DNA from: Eledone cirrhosa
Taxonomy: Eukaryota
Direction: 5' to 3'
Assembly: GCA_964016885.1 (NCBI GenBank)
Contig: OZ024743.1
Location: forward strand, 346,084,001 to 346,148,000
DNA: 64,000 bases
Under the pieces are notes generated by a model. It was not told the origin of the DNA. It worked only from the letters and a program-made list of their open reading frames with translations, and did no database searches. Shown piece after piece: positions 12,741 through 25,269 of this stretch (position 1 is its first letter; every line of letters begins with the position of its first letter). Both the position numbers and the translations under genes were made by a program.

Positions 12741-13385
12741 AAGTATATAACCTCTCTGAATACGCCATACAGTTCGATTATGCATGTGACATCAGTACCA
12801 CGCTATGTCACTCTGCACGTGGGCTAACACGCCACTACAAAACATCTCCCACTAATCAAACTCAAGCAAGCGGTAAACTTACCTGCACAGTGTATGGTAT
12901 GACATGTAAATCACTTACTGCGACACCAGCAACATCTATAGCACGTATTGCCACTGCATATATTGCCTAAGATGTGGTCGTACTCGCACATGAGTTGAAT
13001 CCCCATATGCATGTATGCATGTATGTATATATAATTATTTATATATATGCATACATATGTATATAATATAATATATAGAAATAAACACAGAAAAATATGT
13101 TTAAAATTACGAGGGATGAAATCCACCTTGGTATGACGAATTTAATCTATGACACAAACGGAAAATACAAAATAACCAGTAACAATTTGAATTAAGATGT
13201 ACAGACCATTTCAATATTTATTAAACTCCTGGACAAACTACAGAAGTAGTCTGTTTAACCGTAAAATGTGTGTTTCTTACAGAAAATCCCAAGGCTTCTG
13301 AATAGAAGTTAGGATGATATGCGACAAACACCTAGAGGTTAAGTGGGTAACTAAATATGACACGAGGGAATATGTACATACATAT

Positions 13386-13517
<132 letters not shown>

Positions 13518-13519
13518 AT

Positions 13520-13555
<36 letters not shown>

Positions 13556-13561
<6 letters not shown>

Positions 13562-13860
13562 CATAAATCATGTCCTTAGAATTATTAGATAAAATATATA
13601 CCATTTCCTCTCCCAATTAGCATAATGAACCATATAAAAAATCAATTAGACCAAGTTATAAGAATAAAGGGTCTTATGAAGAAATTTCCGTCAAATAACC
13701 GAAACGGAGGAAATGGTATATATTTTATCTAATAATTCTAAGGACATGATTTATGATATATTGCTCTGATTATTTAATTTATTAATTCTTCAGAGAGCTA
13801 CAACGTGACCGGTTGCGACATATATATCTATGACTTTATGTTTATGTATATGTAAACCTT
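13556..13860. mobile_element. (TA)n-flanked element with 55-bp inverted repeat and longer right arm
   Basis: 13556-13610 vs 13707-13761 is an exact inverted repeat, with the same asymmetric layout as the PLE fragments. Confidence 0.5.
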
Positions 13861-14184
13861 TATATATATATATATATAGACACATATTTCACCCCACAAT
13901 ATCATCTATCATATTTTTGTTTCATGTCATATGACTAGGAGGATTTAAACATGATAAAGCGTGCTCGTTTGCATGCAGTATTCATTTGAACTGTGATCTA
14001 CTCTATAACCTTCTCAATTGTAGAATTATAGTTGTGTCCTACCTACTTCATTTAACAGTTAACCTCCACTTCTTTTGATTTCATAATACAAGAATTATAT
14101 TTCACACGGGGTTATTGAACGATCAGTTAGTAGATAAAAAATGAGACGTTTCAATTATTCATGGTATACCTGTTTCCTGTATAC

Positions 14185-14291
<107 letters not shown>

Positions 14292-14381
14292 CATATATGT
14301 ATATATATATATATATATGTATACATATATACATACATATATGTGTATACATACATATATGCGTATACATACACACACACA

Positions 14382-14471
<90 letters not shown>

Positions 14472-15097
14472 TATATATGTATAATTTCACACCCTATAGT
14501 AACTATGTTATTTCCTTTCAGTAACATAGCCGAAGGGACAACTACGCAGACTATTAAACATCTGATGTGAAATTAGTTTTAAAGAGATAACTATTCCGAC
14601 TCACTAATCTATAAACAACAGCCACTGTCAGTTTTAGCCAAATATGATGCACTTAGAAATTAAATTTATCTGGAAGGAGCTACGACGGCCGTCTCAGAAA
14701 ATGGTGACTTTACAGAATCTGAATTAATCTTCATAAATAAATAATTAAAATAAATGCTCAAATAAATAAAATATACAGAGGAGGAGAGAGGAAGATAAAG
14801 AAGAGGCACGAGTAAGAATTGTTTAAAATTGCTTTTCAGATGGAATGGAAAAGTTTCTTGAAACGATTTAAGCTTAATTTTACCCTAGTGTATGCTATAA
14901 ATAACATAATTTCTCAGTTTAAGCGAAAAGCGGATTTGCTGCTATAAACATTGCTCGATTAGCTTGTATTAAGCAGGCAGTAGACCGTGCAAGATTTAAG
15001 ATGTATAAAGACTCTGATAAATAAGGAAACCATACAAACAAACGACAACCTAATTAAAGGAACAATATAATAAAGAGAATAAGAAATAAACAAAAAT

Positions 15098-15316
15098 TAG
15101 AAAAAATAAAACAAAGGAACTGAACAAAAATATATACAAATGAAATACAATATAACATAACTAATAAAATACTATAGAAGGGGGGAAAAATATGTATATA
15201 TATATATATATATATATACATATTTTTCCCCCCTTCTATAGTATTTTATTAGTTATGTTATATTGTATTTCATTTGTATATATTTTTGTTCAGTTCCTTT
15301 GTTTTATTTTTTTCTA
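15098..15316. repeat. ~100-bp inverted duplication centred on a (TA)n tract
   Basis: 15098-15198 vs 15215-15316 are reverse complements. Confidence 0.85.
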
Positions 15317-15323
15317 CAAATAC

Positions 15324-15487
<164 letters not shown>

Positions 15488-15520
15488 AATGGTGGTTTGT
15501 CATTATTGCTTGACAGATAA

Positions 15521-15705
15521 GGGCAGTCGATTGGCAGTTTCGGTAGAGGATCGGACGCCATGCTTTGCAGCTTTGAGTTACGGTCCTTTATGATCTGAGT
15601 TCAAATCCCGCCGAGGTTAATTTTGCCTTTCATCCTTACGTGATCGATAAAATTGACTTTCCCCTGCCCTAAATTTGCTGGCCTTGTGCCTCTATAAGAA
15701 ACAAT
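15521..15705 (+). mobile_element. tRNA-derived SINE family 1 with 19-bp target-site duplication
   Basis: A-box TGGCAGTTTCGG, B-box GAGTTCAAATCCC; CATTATTRCTTGACAGATA at 15501-15519 and 15712-15730. Confidence 0.85.
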
Positions 15706-16946
15706 AGAAACCATTATTACTTGACAGATAGTAGTGTTTTTTTTCCAAGAGGTTTGTATACATGTTCCTTTTTCCAATCATGTGCCATGCGTGTTCGTGT
15801 CCAGATAACGATTTATGCAACGGTGTTAATATTCCATTTTTGAAGCCGAGAATTGACTCCATTTATATAACAAATCTATTACGTTCGGTCAAACAAAATA
15901 TACAATTTCCCCCATTGGCTCTACAAATATGCGCACGTGCGCACAAAATAACCCAAACACACACTTATATATATATATATATGTTTAATTAGAGTATGCG
16001 TTAATTTATCACCGACACTTTAGTATGCTGGGTAGAGGCCTCGAAGGAGTACACAAACGTATCTGTTTACTGCAGAATCTCTGTCTCGTGCCCACTTGAC
16101 AACAAGTTCCTGGTGAAAATTCTAGCTTAAAAGTGCAAGGTCACAACACCTGAACTCATCGAAATTCAAGGATATGTGGTATAATCACCGGCACTATTTT
16201 AACAGGTTCTATAAACGGAAAAGCACGCCCTTTCGAACTGATCTGGAAGCTTAAGTTGGACAAGACCCCATATTCTTTGGTCTGGTTCAAGATCAGAGAG
16301 GTACCCTGAGACAGAGGCAAATCAGGCATTTGCAGCCTCTGTTTGAGTGAGACCCTCGGGATACAGAGAGGGGCGGGTACAAGTAATCAATCGTAGGGGC
16401 GATTTCTTTGGTGCTTGTCGACACCTCAGGACAGCAACTTTCCTCAAGTTATATGGTTAGTAACCCTGCCTCCTGGCGTTCCAGATGGACCACCCTCGCT
16501 TAGTGTTTCTATATAATTTTGTCTCCATTAATTTCTCAACATATCCTAGGGCCACACTAAGATCGCAGTAGGATTCACGCCTTGCATTTCGTTGGATTTC
16601 CCCCATTTCCTCATTTCCTCCTTGCAAATATAATTCTTATATGTTTCTTGGCGTATTCTATATCTGTGTACCACTATCAATTTTATGAGATATTATGCGT
16701 TGGCAGAGTCTAATCTATGGACTTTCCGCACATACCACATTCTTAAGGATTTTTCTCTGCCCTTTGTCTCTACATCTGTACCATTCATTTTAAGCATGTG
16801 ATGTGACGCATTCCTTTTTTACGTAATGATCTTCTATATCCAAACTCATTTTTAATTTACCTTTATTTCGTTCATATATGTCAAAGCTAATTCTCGACTA
16901 TTTGTACACACTGGTCAATATACTATATTATTATTATATTATCATA

Positions 16947-17135
16947 GGACGGTGGATTGGCAGTATCGGTAGAGCGTCGGATGCCATGCTTTGAAGCATA
17001 GAGTTACGGCCCTTGCCATTCTGATTTCAAATCCCGCTGAGTTTAACTTTGCCTTTCATCCTTACGGGGTCGATATAAAAGTACCAGTAATGCACTGCGT
17101 AATTGCTGGCCTTGTACCAAAAGTAGAAACAATTA
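16947..17135 (+). mobile_element. tRNA-derived SINE family 1
   Basis: Full-length copy with A/B boxes, central GCCTTTCATCC...GGTCGAT domain and (ATT)n tail. Confidence 0.85.
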
Positions 17136-17579
17136 TTATTATATTATACTATTGTCACTACTACTACAACGATCACTGGGGTTAACTGCCACTCCTAATA
17201 AAATAAGGTACCATCGGATATTGTTGTTAATGAAAGTATTCCCAACTGACACAGCAACATATCTACAAGGTCAGTCTTTGACCTCATTCCCTGAACAATT
17301 TGGAAACAAATCTCAGATAATGGCACCACTAAGGAATTTACATGACTTGATAATGATGATGATTGTGTGGTGAAGCTAACTCTGACCAATAGACAGTGTT
17401 CTTTATATAAGCCATTTACTGATGCTGTCAGGTTGATTATCCTAAGTCATGTGTCACCGGTGCATTGAGAGAGCAACACGAAATATCAGCTCAGGTTATA
17501 TCAATGAATCAATACAACAGAATGGAGCTTTGTTTCCTCTTTATGCTCTTCTATTTTTTCTGTTCAACTTCTAGCTGTC

Positions 17580-18125
17580 CACAGACATGAAACTGCTTAA
17601 AAAGAGGAGACCTTAAAGAAGCTACAGAAGGAATGTTAATGGCTGCACAAGAACGAAGTGGGTAAATCACCATATTGACAGACAAGAAATTAGAACATAA
17701 GAGGGCTGATCTGGTGGTTTTTGACAAGGAAAAAGGATCGTGCCTGATTGTAGATGTAGCTTGCTCATTTGAAACAAGAGTGCAAGAAAAGGAGGAGAAA
17801 ATGAAACGATACCAGGATTTAAAGTGGGAGTTAAAAGGGATTTGGGAATGACATGAGATCAAGGTCGTCCCGATTGTCATAGGAGCACTAGGTACTATCT
17901 CACAGAGATTTCAAGGATGGTTAAAGAACATTAGTCCAGCCCCCTTTTTAGGAACTCTTCAAAAGGCATGCTTGCTGGGAACAGCAAGAACACTCCGATA
18001 CGTCCTGAATATCTGAGGCTGCAAGTAGCGACTTGATGTTCATTTGAAAAGAGATTCCAGTTAAATAACATCAATGACTGAGGATCCAGGAATAATAATA
18101 CGAATAATAATAATAGTAATAATAA
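17580..18125 (+). pseudogene. R4/Dong-clade non-LTR retrotransposon 3' end (restriction-like endonuclease domain) with (TAA)n tail
   Basis: LKRGDLKEATEGMLMAAQE...TDKKLEHKRADLVVFDKEKGSCLIVDVAC...KRYQDLKWELKGIW..IKVVPIVIGALG...LQKACLLGTARTLRYVL, with stops and an internal deletion. Confidence 0.8.
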
Positions 18126-18609
18126 ATACCAGGCAACACAAACCATTTCCTTGCCTTGATTTATACTAAAATTTACAGTCCATTACGCATTGTATTAGCC
18201 TTCTTAAAATGTATCAACTCCTACGGTATACACTATACACAATGCGTCAATCTATACCCGCACACATACGAACGTATACACCAAATACACATAAAAAAAA
18301 TATATATGTGTGTGGTGTGTGCGTGTAAACATATGATTATATAAACATATAAATATACACACATAAATACGTAAATAACGCACGCACACAAATACCTACA
18401 GGTAAATACACATATGTTCGCTAAACGACGTGAACCAAAACACAAAGTACACATATACACACCCTACATACGTGCAAACCTGCATACACACACAAACGCA
18501 AAATACACGTATACACGTAACCATATACACCGTGTATATAATATAATATATACATCTATAACAAATACAAGCAAATTTACATACGAGGAAGTATACGTAC
18601 CTTCACAAA

Positions 18610-18905
18610 TAGAATATTAGTCTACGACTTCATTTATACCATAAACGTGGTTTTGTCTTTGCGTTTAATTGTTCTCACCGCCCCAAATAATGACGTATTA
18701 TCTTCGCTTTTTTTCCGTTCAATGCCAGGGAACGACTCCATGAACCAAAGTATCGTCTTCCTGTTTTCCTTCGGTTGCAACGTTTTTTGAAATATTTACT
18801 TCTTCGTTCACAGATTGATTTTTTTAGTTTCAGAAGATCCCGTTAAGTTAAGGGTGAAAGCAGGGATTCTTTGCTTAAACTTTAATCTGTTATTTTAATA
18901 AATAA
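18610..18905 (+). mobile_element. Interspersed repeat ending at (TA)n, with HHR-like CAGAAGA-TCCC..GGGT-GAAA motif
   Basis: Homologous to 61981-62250 (plus) and 3245-3310 (minus). Confidence 0.6.
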
Positions 18906-18944
<39 letters not shown>

Positions 18945-18947
<3 letters not shown>

Positions 18948-19100
18948 AAAGGGAATAGAAAATACAACGGGCATCTTTTTGATAATATTTATTTGTTTCC
19001 TCTATCGGTTTCACAGTTCTTATGCTTCTCAAAAGTAGAATTGAGATGGACGATTCGGGATTTTTCTCGTAAGATGGAGTAAGAAAATATATAGAGATAG
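18945..19100 (-). mobile_element. Short repeat family with U3-A8 HHR-like motif (19000-19035)
   Basis: CTT-TTGAGAA-GCA TAAGAAC TGT-GAAA-CCGA-TA-GAG; homologues at 20690-20860 (plus) and 42020-42210 (minus). Confidence 0.55.
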
Positions 19101-19114
19101 GTTCAGCTTAGAGG

Positions 19115-19149
<35 letters not shown>

Positions 19150-19159
19150 AGAGAGAGAG

Positions 19160-19257
<98 letters not shown>

Positions 19258-19389
19258 CGAGATATAGAGAGATTGCGTGCGCAGTGTGTGTGTGAATATG
19301 AGTGTACGGTTTAAGGTGCATGAGAGTGAAAGTGATAGAAAGGGACACAAGAAAACAACAATCCCATAGAGGGCACACAATGACCACAA

Positions 19390-19428
<39 letters not shown>

Positions 19429-19431
<3 letters not shown>

Positions 19432-20556
19432 TATTTCCTGGTGCTGACTCATAGGCTAAGTCTCACCTTTTGCTTAAATTTTGGTATAACTCGGTCTAGG
19501 ATCTTTTTACTGATTTTCCCTATGTCCAACTTCGCTGGGTTTATAATGGATGGTTTTCGGTCGAAGTCCGATTTGTGGTCCTTCAGTGTGAAGTAGGTAG
19601 TCCGTGGGTCTAGGGGTTCAGATTGGTCGGCGACCCTGTGGCTAGAGGTAATTTGTTGTCCATCTCGATTTATGGCCTCGATAATTGAATGGTTAGCCTT
19701 TATGCTGTTTTCGAAGGACCAACTCCTAATCAAGAAAGACGAACTGATAACCGCATGCAAACACAGATTGCGTAGGACTTACCTCGCCCACAAACCTCAT
19801 AACGACCCGGGTGGGTAGACAAGGGATGATAACCCCCACTTGCTGAATAAGTTAGGGAAAACCCCAGCTTACATAGGTAGATGTATCTCTTTTCTTTTCC
19901 TCTTTGTCTTCCTCTTCCCTCTGTCTCATCATATCACTCACTTCCACCCCTATTTTCTTCCTTGTCTGCTTTTCCCCTTTCGCCTACCCCGATGCAGCCC
20001 ATCAGGCCTCTGTAGCATCAGTTCCCCAACCCCTGTAATTTTAAGATAGAATTGGCCGAATACGGTTTACTCACTACTTATAGCAGATGTGTTAAAACCC
20101 CTTTAATTTTGTATCAGTTTTGTTACTACACATTCTACAAGTTTTTTCTATTCTCAACTTCTTAACCTGCATTGTGATTTTTTTTATTTATTTCTATTAT
20201 CTTTTATTGTCTCCTACTCTCATTAGATTTACCTATTCAATAACCTCCCCCTCCACTTCATACACTATCCTTAGAATCTGTTGTATACATATCACCTTCA
20301 ACGCATGACCGTTCCACTCACACCACTATTGTTCTACAGGCAAGTTCAGCCACACCTACCTCCCACCAAATGCCATGATAGACTTATTTGTGTTTATAAC
20401 AAATTTTAATCAATCCTCTTGACAACTACAATCTTCCCATATAAGGAAGTACCCCATTACAAGTTCGGCTATTTATTCACCCAGCTAAAAATTCTAATTT
20501 AGTCCAGAAATAGCCGTCGAAACGGCTTGAGCTCTGCCGTCGGGGTCATATTTTGT

Positions 20557-20560
<4 letters not shown>
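19429..20560. mobile_element. Inverted PLE remnant: RT fragment (minus) joined to endonuclease C-terminus, 3' UTR and HHR-like end (plus)
   Basis: Minus strand: YFTLKDHKSDFDRKPSIINPAKLDIGKISKKILDRV. Plus strand from 19702: MLFSKDQLLIKKDELITACKHR (resembles LLNKRSELIS.CRH). Ends with GAAACGGCTTGAGCTCTGCCGTCGGGG before (TA)n. Confidence 0.75.
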
Positions 20561-20598
<38 letters not shown>

Positions 20599-20863
20599 AT
20601 ATATATAGTTTGAGAGCGAGAGAGTCTCTATGTATATCTGTGTTTCTGCGAGAGAGTAAGAGAAAAACAGAGATAGAGCGAGAGATAGTATGAGTAGAGC
20701 AGATTAAAAACCACAAACTCTCCATCTCAATTTTACCTTAGAAAAGAACTGTGAAACGTGTAAGGGAAACAAATAAATATTCTTAAAAAGACTCCAGTCT
20801 TTCCTTATACTTACACTCGTATAGGACGACTCTTTTTTTTTTCATTTAAAAAAAAATCATTAT

Positions 20864-20979
<116 letters not shown>

Positions 20980-21505
20980 TTGTATACATGTTCAACAAGC
21001 GTGCAATATTCAAATATTCTAATGGCGTTGTACTTTAAATTTGCAGCTGAGACGAATCAACCAACATATAATATATCTTTTTTGTATTTTTTTTTTTTCT
21101 TCTTTTCAGACAAAGATACCATTTCGGTGGAAGACAGCTGAATATAAGTTGTCCAAAATGCCGGTAGGAAGTGATGAAGTGAATATGCTGATATGAAAAG
21201 GCAATAGTAAAATGGTAAGCAGCTAGCATATGGAATTGTAAATTATGAAAACTGCAAATTTCTGAACATATAAGCCTAGATCTTTATAGAAAATAACAGA
21301 AATGACACCCCTGAGAATTGCTGAAGTAATCAAATACTTAGTAACTATAAAGTTATAAGTTACCAGTGGGTGGCATTTAAAAAGACTAACGCTATGCTTA
21401 CTCGTTCGCTTTCTCTCATACACACATGCTCAAATATTCACATTACATGTGCGTATGTGAGTATATGTATGTATATATGTATGCGTATATATATATATAT
21501 GTGTA

Positions 21506-21682
<177 letters not shown>

Positions 21683-21898
21683 TTATATATACATACATAT
21701 ACTCTCATACATATACTCATATATATATATACATACATATACTCACATACGCACATGTAGTGTGAATATTAATTGAATACTCATCAACGAATCTGACGTC
21801 TATCAATATACTTTTATTTGTATATATACACACACACACACCCGAAGGAGCGTATATATATATATATATATATATGTATATACATATATATATATATA

Positions 21899-21963
<65 letters not shown>

Positions 21964-21971
<8 letters not shown>

Positions 21972-22384
21972 AGATCAAAAGATGGTTAAAGGAGTTCCAT
22001 ATATTTTATTATGCGCATTTCAAAAACAAACATCATCAAACAATAATATTTGTGTTTTCATCAGATAAAACAGGAGAACATGATATGAAGGCTAAAAAAC
22101 ACTTGTTGATAGTGCAGTTTTAAATCAACACATATGTTGATTTAAAACTGCACTATCAACAAGTGTTTTTTAGCCTTCATATCATGTTCTCCTGTTTTAT
22201 CTGATGAAAACACAAATATTATTGTTTGATGATGTTTGTTTTTGAAATGCGCATAATAAAATATATGGAACTCCTTTAACCATCTTTTGATCTTATATTA
22301 TGCATACTCCAGTCCCACAAACTGTAGAGTGTTTCTTATCCGATATCTGCATTGCTTTATTGTACTACAATAAAACTCACCTCC

Positions 22385-22388
<4 letters not shown>
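21964..22388. mobile_element. Perfect palindrome (167-bp arms, 4-nt loop) plus 3' tail; PLE terminal fragment
   Basis: 21964-22130 and 22135-22301 are exact reverse complements; (TA)n on both sides. Confidence 0.8.
22195..22261 (+). ncRNA. Type I hammerhead ribozyme (mirror copy 22004-22070, minus strand)
   Basis: TTTTAT-CTGATGA-stem II (CAAATATTATT/GATGATGTTTG)-GAAA-TGCGCA-TA-ATAAAA. Confidence 0.75.
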
Positions 22389-22439
<51 letters not shown>

Positions 22440-23171
22440 GCTCCTTCGGGTGTGTGTGTGTGTATATATACAAATAAAAGTATATTGATAGACGTCAGAT
22501 TCGTTGATGAGTATTCAATTAACGGAACTGCCTGTTCATCTCCACACGTGTGACACTACCTTTATATTGAAGGACATTCAAGGACATTCAACTTCCAAAC
22601 AATCTACGCAATTTCACTCACAGCGATACGGTTGATCCGAGCTTGTGGGAAATGGCGCTTGTCCAATATGCTATGCTACGGAATCGAACATATAGCCCTA
22701 TAATTGCAAAGCGCTCGTCTTACTAGTATATAACTACATACACACAGGGATATGATCGATGTACCATGGCTAAATGACTAAGTATGCTGTGCAACCATAA
22801 GGGTTCGACTGTGTTATTGTGTCTCAATGTCCTTCTTGCTTATCTTGATCTATATATTTATACATGCATTTGCACATTTTTATGAATCTGATAAAACCCT
22901 ACTTTAAATATAATAGTTCCTGGAATTCATTTACATTTTTCTTAACAGATATAAATCGTAATCTATTTTTTATACTGAAATCCTATCACAATAATTTGTA
23001 CATAAACATATGTATTGTGCAAAGCAACACATATGTGACACAAAAACAGATTTACATAGCAGTTATTTTTGTACCCTAGCCTGCTGTAAACATACAAACT
23101 AACTGATTACACGTAAAATATTCATATTATAATCTTTCGTGGATATATATGTACACACAAACACACACACA

Positions 23172-23212
<41 letters not shown>

Positions 23213-23296
23213 TCTCCTTTGGGTGTGTGTGTATATAAACATATATATATATATATGCATATATATATGCATATATATATATATATATATACATGC

Positions 23297-23331
<35 letters not shown>

Positions 23332-23387
23332 TATATAGACACACACACATATATACATATATATACATATGTTATATATATATACTG

Positions 23388-23418
<31 letters not shown>

Positions 23419-23465
23419 TCCTACTGACCGATTCATTTCCATTATCACAACAATGAACCACTTTG

Positions 23466-23570
<105 letters not shown>

Positions 23571-23774
23571 ATTGTCTTAATAGACACCTAAACTGTTGAC
23601 CTCTCAACATGACTGCAACTCAATCAAGCGGAAAAGGACAAACCTACATTTGGCACGAAACCTGCTCGCGCTAAAATCAATTTAAACATTCACATGACTT
23701 CTACCCACCAATCAAAATTGTTTGGACTAAAAGAATTTTTGCAACACGAATTGGCGAATTAGATCGATAGTTGC

Positions 23775-23855
<81 letters not shown>

Positions 23856-24069
23856 AGTATGAATGTATACGTACATACATATATGTATACAGACGTACAG
23901 TAGTATGTATATATATATACACACATGCACACATATATATGCACGTATCGGTTTACCGAACATTTATTATAATGCTCGGTTTGTTTGTTGTAAACAAACA
24001 AACAGCCCGAATTTCGCCTTACAGTTTTTAGGCAACCACGTCACCTTTTTGTTCAACACTGACACAGGA

Positions 24070-24112
24070 ACGATGTACTAGTTTCAAGCTTATTAGCTAT
24101 CGTCAGCATCGT
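24070..24112 (-). ncRNA. Minimal type I hammerhead ribozyme
   Basis: ACGATG-CTGACGA-TAGCT AATA AGCTT-GAAA-CTAG-TA-CATCGT on the minus strand. Confidence 0.85.
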
Positions 24113-24379
24113 ATACCTTCCTGCCAGATCGTTGAACGTCTGAAAGTATATACTTTCCTTATGCATATTAACGGCTGAGCAGCCTAATTTGCATATCGAG
24201 TGAGTTCAGTCGGCCGAGCATAACGAACACGATAAATGGAATAGAATAAAACGAAATTTCATTTCTCACTCTTAGAACGGCACTTACTTAAATGTAAGTA
24301 TGTATGTATACGTACATACATATATGTATACAGACGTACAGTAGTATGTATATATATATACACATGCACACATATATAT

Positions 24380-24422
24380 ACGATGCTGACGATAGCTAAT
24401 AAGCTTGAAACTAGTACATCGT
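24380..24422 (+). ncRNA. Minimal type I hammerhead ribozyme
   Basis: Same canonical motif with GUA triplet and palindromic CTAG stem III. Confidence 0.85.
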
Positions 24423-24825
24423 TCCTGTGTCAGTGTAGAACAAAAAGGTGACGTGGTTGTCTAAACACTGTACGGCATAATTCGGGCTGGTTATTTGTTT
24501 ACAAACAAACAAACCACACATTATAATAAATGTTCTGTAAACCGATACGTGCATATATATATGTGTGCATGTGTGTATATATATACATACTACTGTACGT
24601 CTGTATACATATATGTATGTACGTATACATACATACATACTTACATTTAAGTAAGTGCCGTATTAAGAGTGAGAAATGAAATTTCGTTTCATTCTATTCC
24701 ATTTATCGTTTTCGGTGTGCCCGGTCGACTGAACTCACTCGATATGCAAATTAAGCTGCTCAGCCATTAATATGCATAAGGAAAGTATATTCTTTCAGAC
24801 ATTCAACCATCTGGCAGGAAGGTAT

Positions 24826-24868
24826 ACGATGCTGACGATAGCTAATAAGCTTGAAACTAGTACATCGT
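24826..24868 (+). ncRNA. Minimal type I hammerhead ribozyme with extended bulged stem I
   Basis: Same motif, 446 nt after the previous one; CAGGA/TCCTG extends stem I beyond an internal bulge. Confidence 0.85.
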
Positions 24869-25021
24869 TCCTGTGTCAGTGTTGAACAAAAAGGTGACGT
24901 CGTTGCCTAAACACTGTACGTCTGTATACATATATGTATGTACGTATACATACATACATACTTACATTTAAGTAAGTGCCGTATTAAGAGTGAGAAATGA
25001 AATTTCGTTTCATTCTATTCC

Positions 25022-25086
<65 letters not shown>

Positions 25087-25269
25087 GAGAAAGAGAAAGA
25101 AATATGGGAGAACAAATAAATACAGTTGAAGTTAAAACATTACTTATGACGAACAGATAACTAAATCTACAACTCCACTTCGTTAGCCATCTTGTTGTCA
25201 TGCTCTTTGGCACCTTAAGGCGGTATTACGCTTGAAACGCCAGCTTGCGCAACACATTTGAGAAGCTCT

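Larger units (their letters stand above)
23852..25026. mobile_element. ORF-less HHR-delimited tandem repeat (~446-bp unit) in head-to-head arrangement; retrozyme-like
   Basis: Left arm is ~1.2 units on the minus strand (23852 repeats at 24293). The right arm has plus-strand HHRs at 24380 and 24826. A further copy lies at ~32290-32690. Confidence 0.75.

Noticed and set aside
14670-14740. GAGAC-GGCC-GTC on the minus strand as an HHR
   Set aside because: The core is too degenerate and there is no stem I pairing.
16947-17040. A/B boxes as tRNA genes
   Set aside because: No cloverleaf, long box spacing, and a shared SINE body and tail.
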